Source: Candidatus Pacearchaeota archaeon
GTDB taxonomy: Archaea; Nanobdellota; Nanobdellia; Pacearchaeales; GW2011-AR1
Reading direction: 5' to 3'
Assembly (NCBI GenBank): GCA_018303855.1
Contig: JAGVXI010000007.1
Coordinates: 12,143 to 76,142, forward strand
Length of the DNA: 64,000 nt
The notes beneath the pieces were generated by a model. The model saw only the letters and a list, made by a program, of their open reading frames with translations. It had not been told where the DNA came from and searched no databases. A program made the position numbers and the translations under genes. Positions 9,179 to 19,557 of the stretch are shown here, piece by piece (the stretch's first letter is position 1; every line of letters starts with the position of its first letter).

Positions 9179-10039
9179 ATGTTAGAAATGCTGACTAATC
9201 CAAAGCAAGGTGTGCAAGGAGCTTGGAAGATGTTTTTTGTGGGGTTAGTTTATGCTTCACTTTCTCTTTTATTAGTGCACTGGCTTTTTTCCAATGACCC
9301 AGCATTATCAAAAGCTTCTGGAATGATTGTTGTTGCATTTTGCGTAATGTTTACCCTGCCATTTATGTATTTTTTAATTAAGCAAGAAGAACAGCAAGAT
9401 GAAGAAATTGAAGGCTTCCTTGGAGTCTGGAAAGCCCACAGCGATGCATTATTCGCATTTATGTGGCTGTTTTTTGGATTTATTATTGCATTTTCATTCT
9501 GGTATATACTTCTGCAAAACTCCATGTTATTTAACTTTCAGATTGAAACTTACTGTGTGATTAACAGTCCTCATAATGTAGAAGACTGCGTAGCACAAAA
9601 TGATTTTTCAAAACCTATAATTTATACAGGAGCTGCAACAAAAGAACTTAGATTCTTATCTATCCTGGAAAATAATGTGTACGTTATGATTTTTACGCTT
9701 ATTTTTTCATTAATTTTTGGTGCAGGAGCAATATTTGTTTTGGCATGGAATGCTTCTGTGATTAGTGCTGCAATAGGGATTTTTACACAATATCAAATAA
9801 AAGAAATCCCTCTGGGAATTTTAAGATATATGATTCACGGATTTCCAGAGATTGCAGCATACTTTATAGCAGCTCTTGCAGGAGGAATTGTAGGCGTAGG
9901 AATTATTAGGAATGGAATGATAAGCAAGAAATTCCTGAGGATAATGGAAAATTCTGTTATTTTATTATTTATAGCAATAATTATTCTGGCTTTTGCAGCT
10001 TTTATTGAGGTTTATGTTACGCATGCTATATTGAGCTAG
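9179..10039 (+). CDS. polytopic membrane protein, possibly DUF95/SpoIIM-like
   Basis: Multiple hydrophobic segments and an 'AWNASVISAAIG' motif. The family assignment is weak. Confidence 0.45.
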   Translation: MLEMLTNPKQGVQGAWKMFFVGLVYASLSLLLVHWLFSNDPALSKASGMIVVAFCVMFTLPFMYFLIKQEEQQDEEIEGFLGVWKAHSDALFAFMWLFFGFIIAFSFWYILLQNSMLFNFQIETYCVINSPHNVEDCVAQNDFSKPIIYTGAATKELRFLSILENNVYVMIFTLIFSLIFGAGAIFVLAWNASVISAAIGIFTQYQIKEIPLGILRYMIHGFPEIAAYFIAALAGGIVGVGIIRNGMISKKFLRIMENSVILLFIAIIILAFAAFIEVYVTHAILS

Positions 10040-10209
10040 AAGTATTGAAAGTGGGAGAGTTTAATGTAAAAAGCTTGTTTTATAACCTGATATAACTACT
10101 GCAATTTATCCACAAAATAAAGTGTATTTGGGAGGTTTATTTACATACTACAGAAGATATAAAAAATACAGCCGAAATACTTAAATATCCCCCTTTTTTG
10201 ATAAATGAC

Positions 10210-10347
10210 ATGAAGTTTATTTGCAAAAATTGCAGTTATAGATTTGAAGCTGAGACAGATCAAACATCAAAAGTATGCCCTTATTGCGGGAAAATGATGG
10301 TGGAACAAGAGCCAGATGCTGATGACTTGCTAAAAGACATAGATTAA
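10210..10347 (+). CDS. small zinc-ribbon protein (45 aa) not present in the supplied ORF track
   Basis: Manual translation gives MKFICKNCSYRFEAETDQTSKVCPYCGKMMVEQEPDADDLLKDID, with CxxC...CxxC. It lies immediately upstream of aglB. Confidence 0.4.
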   Translation: MKFICKNCSYRFEAETDQTSKVCPYCGKMMVEQEPDADDLLKDID

Positions 10348-10364
10348 TTCTTAAAGAGGAATAT

Positions 10365-13358
10365 ATGGAAGAAGAAACAGAAAAAAATTTAGAAGAGGCA
10401 AGAGGAGAAAGCTTAATCAAATTTCTCAAACAAAAAAAAGATTTTGCGGTTTATATTGCCTTGGCGTTTATTGTTTGGCTGGGGGTTTATATTAGAACAA
10501 GAAACATGACTATAAATTCAAATACAGGGCAGCCTAAATTGTGGGATATCACAACAAATTCGTGGACACTTGGACCTGATTTAGACCCTTTTCTTTTTCT
10601 GCGATGGATGGAGTATATTTTAGAACATGGAAAACTTATGGCTGTTGATGTGATGAGATATATTCCTTTGGGGTATGATACTGCTGGTGAAATGAGATTA
10701 CTCCCTTACATGATGGCGTGGACTCATAAAATACTTGAATTCCTGTCATTAACAGACAGCATAACTTATTCTGCTGTAATTTTCCCTGTGATTATGTTTA
10801 TTCCCACAACTATTGCTTTTTTTCTTTTTGCGAGAAAAATATTTTATAAAGAAGAAAGGAGCATTCAAAATTTGATTGCATTGCTTGCAACAGCAATTTT
10901 TGTTTTAATTCCTTCTTTATTGCCAAGGACAATTGCAGGGATTCCTGAAAAAGAGTCTGTTGCTTTTGGTTTCATGTTTCTTTCTTTTTATTTTTTTATG
11001 GAGGCATTTACATCAGAAAAACTAAGAAAAGGATTAATCTTTGGGGTTCTGGCAGGGTTATCAAATGGTTTAATGGCTTTAGTATGGGGCGGAACCTCAT
11101 TTATTTTTATGGCAATTGGGGCTTCTGTTCTTTTATCCTTTGTTCTTGGAAAAGTAAAAAAAGAAAAATTTTATATCTATTGCTTATGGTTATTTGCTTC
11201 TTTCGCCTTAATGATTCCGTTTTCAACAAGGTATATGCCAATCCTTTTGATTAAATCAGTGTTTATTGGTTTTGCAATTGGAGTATTTGCCCTAATTGGA
11301 CTGAGTTTTTTATTAATGAAGATTAAAAAAGTAAATGAGTTTTCAGAAAAAACAAAAATTCCAAAAGAATTATTTTATGTTGTTGTTTCCTTTATAATTA
11401 TACTTCTTATAATTTTAATAACCCCTGCATTTGGACCAGATTTTATTTTTGCCCAGATAAATAAAGTAAAAATAAATTTAGTTGAACCATTTAACTCAAG
11501 GTTTAGCCTTACTGTCGCAGAAAATAAACAGCCATTTTTCAGCTCTGAATGGAAAGATAATTTTGGACCAATTGTTAAAGGAATTCCATTGTATTTCTGG
11601 ATGTTTTTTGCCGGTTCTGTTTTTTTATTCAGCAGGTTAGTATCAAACTTAAAAAGAAGCAGAAAGATAATCTTAATATCAGGCTGTACAATATTTTTAT
11701 TTTCAATTATATTCAGCAGGTATTCTGCAAGCTTTTTTACCGAGCCTGGATTAAATAGAACAATCCAAACATTATACTTTGGGGGGTTTTTATTATTATT
11801 AATAGGAATAATTATCTATTCTTATACCATAAGAAAACAAGACAAAGGGCTTTTCTACTTATCTGTCATCCCATTTATGCAAGCATTTTTTGTTTTAATG
11901 TTCTTTACTAAAAAAAACCCAATGAACGGAACCAACATAGGAAGTTTGTTTGTCCAATTTGGGGGGTGGATTTTTCTATTTGCAATTATCTTTTATGTTT
12001 ATTGGAAACAATATAGGGAAGGGGAAATGCTAGAATTAAAAAAAATTAATTTTTCATACATTTTGTACTTTGTTGTGCTAGTCCTTGGAATAATTGGAGC
12101 AAGAGGAGCAATAAGATTAATGATGTTCCTTGGAGCAGTTAGTCCTGCTGTAATTGCTTTTTTTGTTATTAAAACCAGCCAGATTTATTTTCAAGAAAAA
12201 AAAGAGTTGAGAAAAGTTTTTTTTGGAATTGCAGCAATACTCTTAATTATCATAACAATTCTAATTATCATCGGAAATCCACTTTTATTTTTCAAAGGAA
12301 TAGGATTTAATGATTGGAATGGGAATTTCCAGCAAGTTAGGTATACTGCTGAATTTTATGTTCCCGGACCATATCAATGGCAATGGCAAAGAGCAATGGA
12401 GTGGGTTAGGACAAATACGCCGGAAAATGCAGTATTTGCTCATTGGTGGGATTATGGTTATTGGTTGCAAAGTATTGGAAAAAGAGCTACTGTACTGGAT
12501 GGAGGAAATTCTATTGTTTATTGGAATCATCTTCTTGGGAGGCATGTTCTTACTGGGAGCGATGAGAGAACTGCCCTTGAATTTCTTTATACGCACAATG
12601 CAACACATTTATTAATTGATTCAACTGATATTGGGAAATATACTGCGTTCTCAAGCATTGGAGCAGATGAAAATTATGACAGATTTTCCTGGATTCCTAG
12701 TTTTATAATGGATGACAGCAAAACCCAAGAGGCAAAAGATGGGACAACTTACTGGTATGTTGGAGGAGCAACAGGAATTGACGAGGATATAACCTGGAAT
12801 GACAATGGAAAAGAGATATTTTTACCCGGGAGAGAGGCAGTAATTGTGGCGTTTAGCATAAAAACAAAGAGTTCAGGACAGCAATTCTCACAGCCAACTG
12901 CGGTTTTTATTTATGGAGATCAGCAGTATAATATTCCTTTAAGGTACATTTACCTGGATGATACAGGAAAGTTTTCTGATTTTGGTTCTGGATTAGATGC
13001 AGGAGTTTTCATCTTTCCAAAGATAAACAGCATACAGGGGCAGCAGGTTAATATGAATTATCTCGGTGCAGCATTGTACCTAAGTAAAAGAACTATCCAC
13101 TCTCAATTAACAAAACTTTATTTGTTTGATGAAACTTCTCAGTATTTTAAATTAGCACATACTCAAGACAGCATGTTTATTGAAAGTCTCAAAAGTAGTG
13201 GGATGAATATTAAGCATTTCGTGGATTACCAAGGATTGCAAGGCCCAATTAAAATCTGGCAAGTTAATTATCCTGCTGATATGGAAAAAAATCCAGCTTT
13301 TTTAGAAAAAGATTTTCCAGACATTAGGTTAAAAACCCCTCAACCAGGAGAATATTGA
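10365..13358 (+). CDS. aglB: archaeal oligosaccharyltransferase AglB/STT3, paralogue 1
   Basis: 997-aa polytopic N-terminal half plus a soluble C-terminal half. Catalytic 'WWDYGYWL' motif (AHWWDYGYWLQ) is present. A 'DLDP' (DxD) lies in the first external loop. Confidence 0.85.
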   Translation: MEEETEKNLEEARGESLIKFLKQKKDFAVYIALAFIVWLGVYIRTRNMTINSNTGQPKLWDITTNSWTLGPDLDPFLFLRWMEYILEHGKLMAVDVMRYIPLGYDTAGEMRLLPYMMAWTHKILEFLSLTDSITYSAVIFPVIMFIPTTIAFFLFARKIFYKEERSIQNLIALLATAIFVLIPSLLPRTIAGIPEKESVAFGFMFLSFYFFMEAFTSEKLRKGLIFGVLAGLSNGLMALVWGGTSFIFMAIGASVLLSFVLGKVKKEKFYIYCLWLFASFALMIPFSTRYMPILLIKSVFIGFAIGVFALIGLSFLLMKIKKVNEFSEKTKIPKELFYVVVSFIIILLIILITPAFGPDFIFAQINKVKINLVEPFNSRFSLTVAENKQPFFSSEWKDNFGPIVKGIPLYFWMFFAGSVFLFSRLVSNLKRSRKIILISGCTIFLFSIIFSRYSASFFTEPGLNRTIQTLYFGGFLLLLIGIIIYSYTIRKQDKGLFYLSVIPFMQAFFVLMFFTKKNPMNGTNIGSLFVQFGGWIFLFAIIFYVYWKQYREGEMLELKKINFSYILYFVVLVLGIIGARGAIRLMMFLGAVSPAVIAFFVIKTSQIYFQEKKELRKVFFGIAAILLIIITILIIIGNPLLFFKGIGFNDWNGNFQQVRYTAEFYVPGPYQWQWQRAMEWVRTNTPENAVFAHWWDYGYWLQSIGKRATVLDGGNSIVYWNHLLGRHVLTGSDERTALEFLYTHNATHLLIDSTDIGKYTAFSSIGADENYDRFSWIPSFIMDDSKTQEAKDGTTYWYVGGATGIDEDITWNDNGKEIFLPGREAVIVAFSIKTKSSGQQFSQPTAVFIYGDQQYNIPLRYIYLDDTGKFSDFGSGLDAGVFIFPKINSIQGQQVNMNYLGAALYLSKRTIHSQLTKLYLFDETSQYFKLAHTQDSMFIESLKSSGMNIKHFVDYQGLQGPIKIWQVNYPADMEKNPAFLEKDFPDIRLKTPQPGEY
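10710..10804 (+). repeat. 95-nt segment near-identical (2 mismatches) to 13789..13883 in the second aglB
   Basis: Direct comparison of 'atgatggcgtggactcataaaatacttgaattcctgtcattaacagacagcataacttattctgctgtaattttccctgtgattatgtttattcc' against its counterpart. Confidence 0.9.
12381..12470 (+). repeat. About 90-nt segment covering the WWDYG region, near-identical to 15223..15312 (60 nt identical, then 3 mismatches)
   Basis: 'caatggcaaagagcaatggagtgggttaggacaaatacgccggaaaatgcagtatttgct' is identical in both paralogues. A further 43-nt identical patch exists at 10412..10454 and 13491..13533. Confidence 0.9.
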
Positions 13359-13359
13359 A

Positions 13360-16188
13360 ATGACTGAAGAAAATTTTTCAATGGGAGGGGTTGATATTAG
13401 CTTTTCTGCAAAACCTGAACAAGCCTTAGAAAATAAAAAGAGCAGAATATTATCCAGCAAAAAAAGCATAGAAGAAAAAAGATTATGGAGCTTAATCAAA
13501 TTTCTCAAACAAAAAAAAGATTTTGCGGTTTATGTTGCTCTAGCTCTTATCATCTGGTTTGGGATTTATCTTAGGACACTTAATCTTAAAATAAACCCAT
13601 TAACAGGAAAACCATTTTTATGGAATTTTGCAACAAATGATTGGGCTATTGGTATGGAGTTTGACCCTTTTCTTTTCCTGCGATGGATGGAGTATATTGT
13701 TGCACACGGGAGATTAATGGTTATAGATACAATGCGATATGCACCTTTTGGGTATGATACTTCAAAAGAAACAGCGCTTTTTCCATATATGATGGCATGG
13801 ACTCATAAAATACTTGAATTCCTATCATTAACAGACAGCATAACTTATTCTGCTGTAATTTTCCCTGTGATTATGTTTATTCCAACAATTCTTATTCTTT
13901 TTCTGCTTACAAAAAAAGTATTTTACAAAGAGAGCAAAATTACCCAAAATTTGATTGCACTGCTTGCAACTATATTTTTTGCTCTCTTACCAATTTTATT
14001 GTCTAAAACAGGTGCAGGAGTAGCAGATAAAGAAAGTGCTGCTTTGTTATTCATGCTCCTGTCATTTTACTTTTTTTTAGAGGCGTTTAAGTCAGAAAAG
14101 TTCAAAAGAGGCTTGATTTTTGGGATTTTAGCAGGTATTTCAACAGGCTTAATGGCACTGCTTTGGGGCGGTGTTGTGTTTGTGTTTATTCCTGTATCAT
14201 TATCTGTTTTTATCTATTTTCTAATTGGAAAAGTTGAATTAAAAGAGTTTGTCATTTATTTTTCTTGGCTTGCTGTTTCTTTTTTACTCATGTTTAGTTT
14301 TTCCAATAGATACTCACTACAGAATATAACTATACCTGGAAGCCCTGAATCAATGCTAATTATTCTTTTTATTCTAGGCACAAGCTTTTTTTTCTTAAAA
14401 AACAAGAAAACCGCAAGTATAATTAACAGGGTGAAACTTCCTGCACAATTGACTTCAGTTATAATCTCAGGCATTGTACTGGTTATTTTAGCAGTCGTTA
14501 TCTTTGGGCTGAATACTATCATCAGCCCAATAAGTTTTTTAAAGAACTTTTTAGCGAATCCTGCTACAACCAGATTTGGGGTAAGTATTTCAGAAAACAG
14601 ACAACCATATTTTTTAGAAGATTGGGTTGTTTACTTTGGGCCAATTATTGGGGTTCCTTTTTATTTTTACATATTTTTCTTTGGGGTAATCCTTTTATTT
14701 TGGAATATGCTTAAACCTCTTAAGAAAATACACAAGATAACTTTAACCTTGAGCTATTTTATTTTTATCTGGGCAGTTATATTCACAAGATATTCTGAAA
14801 TAGGAGTTTTAAATGGAACGAACGGTGTGAGTTTATTTTTATATGCTTTGGGGCCAATAATTTTCTTTGGGACTATAATTTATACTTATATAAAAATTTA
14901 TAAAGAAAAAGAATTTTTTGAATTTGAAGGCATAAACTTCTCTTACTTATTTTATATTATTCTGTTTACATTCAGCATATTTGCTGCAAGAAGTGCTATA
15001 AGAATATTTTTAGTAGTAGGGGCAATAAGCGTGATTCCTGCTTCTTTTTTCACCATAAAAATATTCCAAAAATACTTTACAGAAAAAGAAGAACTTAACA
15101 AATTTTTTATGGGATTGCTAAGTTTAGCCCTTATTATTTCCCTCTTATTTAGTCTTTATTTTATTTACCAAAAGGATAAAAAAGTTATGCTAGAAGAGCT
15201 TATTACAACTAAATATGTACAACAATGGCAAAGAGCAATGGAGTGGGTTAGGACAAATACGCCGGAAAATGCAGTATTTGCTGCCTGGTGGGATTATGGT
15301 TATTGGCTGCAAACTCGCGGGAGAAGAACTACTATTTTGGATGGTGGAAACTCAATTCCTTATTGGAATCATCTTCTTGGGAAATATGCTCTTACTGGAA
15401 ACGATGAAAACAAAGCATTAGAATTTCTTTACACGCACAATGCAACGCATTTATTAATAGATTTAACAGATATTAAAAAGTATGCTGCAATTTCAGCAAT
15501 TGGCTCAAATGAAGATTATGACAGATTTTCCCAGATTACTCGATTTAACTTAGAAAAAGAAAAAATTTCTAATTTTGGCAATCAGACGCTCTTGCTTTAT
15601 CCTGGAGAATCTCAAACCTATGAGGATATAATATGGAATTTTGATGGGAAAGAGGTTTTGTTTCCAGCATATTTAACTCAGATTAAAGGTTTTGCTTTGA
15701 TTAAAGAAAAAGAAGGAAAAATTGTAAGAGTAGAAATTGTATTATCTGCACAAAACAAAGACTATGCAATTCCCTTAAGGTATGTTTATATAAGTTCTGA
15801 AAATAAACTTATTGATTTAGGTTCTGGATTAGAATCAATGTTTTTTATCTACCCTTCAGTATCACGAGAAGAGGCTATGGTTGATCTTAATATTTTTGGA
15901 GCAGCACTTTATATTCCTAAAAAAGCAAGGGAGTCAAATTTAGTACAACTTTATTTACTGGGGGGTGATTCAGAATATTTTAATCTTGAGCATATAGAAA
16001 GTGACAACATAATTGCAGCATGGAGGGAAGATGTTGCTAATGATATAGGGGAGTTTATTTTTTATGAAAACGATTTTCACGGCCCAATTAAAATTTGGAG
16101 TATTAATTATCCGCAAGATATAAAAACCAATCCAGAGTTTCTAAAAACAGAATTCCCAAGCAGGGGATTAGAATTGGCTAAACTATAA
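13360..16188 (+). CDS. aglB: archaeal oligosaccharyltransferase AglB/STT3, paralogue 2
   Basis: 942 aa with 'AAWWDYGYWLQ'. Same architecture as paralogue 1. The N-terminal 'LIKFLKQKKDFAVY' is shared with paralogue 1. Confidence 0.85.
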   Translation: MTEENFSMGGVDISFSAKPEQALENKKSRILSSKKSIEEKRLWSLIKFLKQKKDFAVYVALALIIWFGIYLRTLNLKINPLTGKPFLWNFATNDWAIGMEFDPFLFLRWMEYIVAHGRLMVIDTMRYAPFGYDTSKETALFPYMMAWTHKILEFLSLTDSITYSAVIFPVIMFIPTILILFLLTKKVFYKESKITQNLIALLATIFFALLPILLSKTGAGVADKESAALLFMLLSFYFFLEAFKSEKFKRGLIFGILAGISTGLMALLWGGVVFVFIPVSLSVFIYFLIGKVELKEFVIYFSWLAVSFLLMFSFSNRYSLQNITIPGSPESMLIILFILGTSFFFLKNKKTASIINRVKLPAQLTSVIISGIVLVILAVVIFGLNTIISPISFLKNFLANPATTRFGVSISENRQPYFLEDWVVYFGPIIGVPFYFYIFFFGVILLFWNMLKPLKKIHKITLTLSYFIFIWAVIFTRYSEIGVLNGTNGVSLFLYALGPIIFFGTIIYTYIKIYKEKEFFEFEGINFSYLFYIILFTFSIFAARSAIRIFLVVGAISVIPASFFTIKIFQKYFTEKEELNKFFMGLLSLALIISLLFSLYFIYQKDKKVMLEELITTKYVQQWQRAMEWVRTNTPENAVFAAWWDYGYWLQTRGRRTTILDGGNSIPYWNHLLGKYALTGNDENKALEFLYTHNATHLLIDLTDIKKYAAISAIGSNEDYDRFSQITRFNLEKEKISNFGNQTLLLYPGESQTYEDIIWNFDGKEVLFPAYLTQIKGFALIKEKEGKIVRVEIVLSAQNKDYAIPLRYVYISSENKLIDLGSGLESMFFIYPSVSREEAMVDLNIFGAALYIPKKARESNLVQLYLLGGDSEYFNLEHIESDNIIAAWREDVANDIGEFIFYENDFHGPIKIWSINYPQDIKTNPEFLKTEFPSRGLELAKL

Positions 16189-16210
16189 TTATCTTATAAA
16201 AAATATTAAA

Positions 16211-17233
16211 ATGGAATATTTATTACTTGCATCAATACTCTTAAGCTTTTTGATAACCCTATTTTTTCTTCCTGCCTGGATTAAAAAAGCCATAAAAATC
16301 GGGCTTATATGGGAGAATATGAATAAGTATAATCACCCCAAAAATATTGCTGGTTCTGGAGGGCTCATAGTAGTTTTTGGATTTGTTTTAGGGGCTTTAT
16401 CTTATATTGCAGTTAAAACTTTTATTTTAAGGACAGATATAACAACTGTTGAAATATTTGCATTACTTGTAACAATACTAATGGCAGGACTTGTTGGGCT
16501 GATAGATGATTTTCTTGGCTGGAGGCATGGAGGAATGTCTGCAAAGCTGAGAATATTTCTAATTTTCTTTGCTGCAATTCCATTAATGGTTATTAATGCA
16601 GGCGAATCTTTGATAAGTTTTCCGTTTATAGGGCAATTTAATCTTGGGTTAATCTACCCCCTGGTTTTTATTCCAATAGGAATAATTGGAGCATCAACAA
16701 CTTTTAACTTTCTTGCTGGCTATAATGGATTAGAAGCAAGCCAAGGCATTTTAATTTTATCTGCATTGGCAACAGTAACATGGTTTACTAATAACAGATG
16801 GTTAAGCTTAATTGCATTCTGCATGGTTGCATCTTTGTTTGCTTTTTATTTGTTTAACAAATATCCTGCGAAAGTTCTTCCAGGGGATATTCTTACCTAT
16901 TCTGTCGGAGCATTAATTGCAATTATGGCTATTTTAGGCAATATTGAGAGAATTGCAATATTCTTTTTCATCCCATATATATTAGAAACCGGGCTAAAAT
17001 TACGGGGAAGATTGAAAATACAAAGTTTTGGAAAAGTCAATGCAGACGACAGTTTGGATGTTCCTTTTAAAAAATTTTATGGACTTGAGCATATTGCCAT
17101 TTATATTCTAAAAAAGATTAAAATAAATGGAAAAGTGTATGAGAAGGACGTTGTATTTTTACTGAATACTTTTCAGGTAGCAATAATTATAGCTGGGTTG
17201 ATAATTTTTAGGAATTCAATATTTAAAATATAA
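16211..17233 (+). CDS. phospho-HexNAc transferase of the MraY/WecA/GPT (Glycos_transf_4) family, AglH/Alg7-like. It is likely the first step on dolichol phosphate.
   Basis: Polytopic. 'GLIDDFLGW' and 'NFLAGYNGLEA' motifs are characteristic of the family. Confidence 0.75.
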   Translation: MEYLLLASILLSFLITLFFLPAWIKKAIKIGLIWENMNKYNHPKNIAGSGGLIVVFGFVLGALSYIAVKTFILRTDITTVEIFALLVTILMAGLVGLIDDFLGWRHGGMSAKLRIFLIFFAAIPLMVINAGESLISFPFIGQFNLGLIYPLVFIPIGIIGASTTFNFLAGYNGLEASQGILILSALATVTWFTNNRWLSLIAFCMVASLFAFYLFNKYPAKVLPGDILTYSVGALIAIMAILGNIERIAIFFFIPYILETGLKLRGRLKIQSFGKVNADDSLDVPFKKFYGLEHIAIYILKKIKINGKVYEKDVVFLLNTFQVAIIIAGLIIFRNSIFKI

Positions 17234-17398
17234 TATAATGCTAAATTAATAATCAAACTTTATATTGATGGCAAAACCTTATTAAACATATTTGCTAAGA
17301 TTTTAGATTAACAAGCCGGGTTAAAAGTTGTAAATTGCACAGACTAAAATTAAACTAAAGTTTATCCTGCATAAACATTAAGATAAATAAGAACTAAA

Positions 17399-18619
17399 AT
17401 GAAAAAATTCCTGTCAAGTGAATTTGGAAAGGGGGCGTTTGTATTGTTTATAACTATAAATATCTTCAATTTTCTCAATTTTATTTTTCATTTTTCTATG
17501 GGAAGACTTCTTGGACCAGCAGATTATGGGGTGTTAGTTGTTCTAATGTCAATAGTCTACCTTTTCAGCATACCTACTGAAACAATACAGAACTTAATTT
17601 CAAGATACACCTCCAAATTTAATGTGAAAAATGAACACGGGAAAATAAAATTTATGATGAAAAAATCTTTGGGGAAAGTTTTTAAGGTTTCTTTCTGGGT
17701 TTTTGTTGTGGCGGTGCTAATTTCATTTCCATTAGCATCATTTTTAAGGATAAATTTTTGGCTTTTATTAATTGTGGACATTTTGATTCTTTATTCATTT
17801 GCTGAACCAGTTTTAAGGGGAGTGCTTCAGGGGAGAAAAAGATTCGGAATGCTTGGAATAAGCATGATACTCGAATCAACTTTTAAGCTTTTGTTTTCAA
17901 TTTCCTTTGTAATATTTGGAATAAATGTTTTTGGGGCAATTTTAGGGGTAGTTTTAGGCGGGGTTGCAAGTTTTGCATTTACCTTATTCTTTAACAGGGA
18001 CATACTTAAAAACAAAGAAGAAAAAACTTCATTTGATAAAATTCAGCAAACCAGCATTCCCTATATAGTTTCAATGTTTGTGATATTTTTAATTTTGAGC
18101 ACCGATATAATCTTGGCAAAAAGATTTTTTTCTGCTGAAACAGCAGGAATGTATGCTGTTTTGTCAATCTTAGGAAAGATTATATTCTTTGGGACATTTG
18201 CTATAAGTAAAGCAATGTTTCCTTTAACATCTGAAAGACACGATATAAATAAAGATTCCTCTCAATTATTTAAAAAATCATTACTCTTGGTGTTTATCTT
18301 GTGCTTAGTTGCTGTTTTTGCCTACTTAATCATTCCTGAACTAATTATATGGATTTTATATGGAAACCAGTATACTTCTGTAGCGAACCTGCTTATTTAT
18401 TCAGCAATTGCATTTAGCTTTTTGTCTTTAAGCAATGTTATAATCGTTTATGCTCTATCTATAAACAAGATAACAAATTATTTTTATTTGCCTATATTTT
18501 TTATAATCCAGATTACACTGCTTTTTATATTTCATAATACTCTTTTTGAGTATATTTTGGCTTTTATGGTTTCAACTATAATAATGTTTATAGGCACGCT
18601 ATTTTTTCTAAAAAAGTGA
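17399..18619 (+). CDS. MOP-superfamily polysaccharide/oligosaccharide flippase (Wzx/AglR-like)
   Basis: 406 aa, about 12 predicted TM helices, no catalytic motifs. It sits in the glycan cluster. Confidence 0.55.
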   Translation: MKKFLSSEFGKGAFVLFITINIFNFLNFIFHFSMGRLLGPADYGVLVVLMSIVYLFSIPTETIQNLISRYTSKFNVKNEHGKIKFMMKKSLGKVFKVSFWVFVVAVLISFPLASFLRINFWLLLIVDILILYSFAEPVLRGVLQGRKRFGMLGISMILESTFKLLFSISFVIFGINVFGAILGVVLGGVASFAFTLFFNRDILKNKEEKTSFDKIQQTSIPYIVSMFVIFLILSTDIILAKRFFSAETAGMYAVLSILGKIIFFGTFAISKAMFPLTSERHDINKDSSQLFKKSLLLVFILCLVAVFAYLIIPELIIWILYGNQYTSVANLLIYSAIAFSFLSLSNVIIVYALSINKITNYFYLPIFFIIQITLLFIFHNTLFEYILAFMVSTIIMFIGTLFFLKK

Positions 18620-18765
18620 AAACCTGACTCAATTAAAATTAAAATGCAAATAGAAAACTTCAAAATTAATATAATTTTAACAGCAGTCGAAAATTTACAT
18701 TTTCGATGTTTTCAATCAATTAAATCCTTACAAAATACATCCGGCACAAACCGGATTTAATTAAA

Positions 18766-19557
18766 ATGAATAATACGTTGAGCATAATCATTCCTGCATA
18801 TAACGAAGAAAATAGAATCGGAAAGACATTAGAAGCATATGGTTCTTTTTTTAAACGCATAAAAAAGAGCAAGAAGATTAAAAAGTTTGAAATCCTTGTT
18901 GTTTTAAATGCCTGCAAGGATGACACCATTGGAGTTATAAAAAAATTTAAAAAAAAATACAAAGAAATAAGATTTTTAGATTTTGAACAGGGGGGCAAGG
19001 GATTTGCAATTATAGAGGGATTTAGACATGCGTCAGCAAGAGGAATTGAATTAATAGGATTTGTTGATGCTGATATGGCTACTTCACCTGAATCTTTTTA
19101 TGACTTGGTTAAAAAAATAAACGGATATGATGGAATTATTGCAAGCAGATGGAAAAATGAATCTGTTATTAAAACCAAGCAGACATTTTTAAGGATAATA
19201 ACAAGCAGGGGATTTAACCTTATAGTAAGGATTGTGCTGCATTTGCTATATTCTGACACACAATGCGGGGCTAAATTATTCAAAAAAAAAGCTATAGAAA
19301 AAATAATTAATGAAAAAATTATCACAGAATGGGCTTTTGATGTTGACTTATTATACAATCTAAAACAAAATAATTTTAAAATTAAGGAAATTCCGACAGT
19401 TTGGGAAGATAAAAGAGGTTCAAAATTAAATTTAATGAAAGTTCCTCTTCAAATGTTCGCTTCTGTGGTAAGATTAAGATTAGTCCATTCTCCATTTAAA
19501 TTTATAGTTAGACTGTATGATAAATTACCAGAAAGGATGAAAATTAATAATTTATAA
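18766..19557 (+). CDS. GT2 glycosyltransferase, dolichyl-phosphate hexose synthase-like (DPM1/AglD/AglJ type)
   Basis: 'LSIIIPAYNEENRI' and a 'DADMA' DxD motif. No C-terminal TM region. Confidence 0.7.
   Translation: MNNTLSIIIPAYNEENRIGKTLEAYGSFFKRIKKSKKIKKFEILVVLNACKDDTIGVIKKFKKKYKEIRFLDFEQGGKGFAIIEGFRHASARGIELIGFVDADMATSPESFYDLVKKINGYDGIIASRWKNESVIKTKQTFLRIITSRGFNLIVRIVLHLLYSDTQCGAKLFKKKAIEKIINEKIITEWAFDVDLLYNLKQNNFKIKEIPTVWEDKRGSKLNLMKVPLQMFASVVRLRLVHSPFKFIVRLYDKLPERMKINNL

Noticed and set aside
10217-10429. Minus-strand 70-aa ORF spanning the aglB start region
   Set aside because: It overlaps the aglB 5' end and the plus-strand Zn-ribbon ORF. It has no motifs and a hydrophobic antisense-like composition.
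12285-12615. ORFs 12285..12608 (-) and 12310..12615 (+), and the similar 15215..15421 (+), inside the aglB genes
   Set aside because: They are alternate-frame or antisense reads of the conserved WWDYG-region DNA. Their mutual similarity simply reflects the near-identical nucleotide patch shared by the two aglB paralogues.
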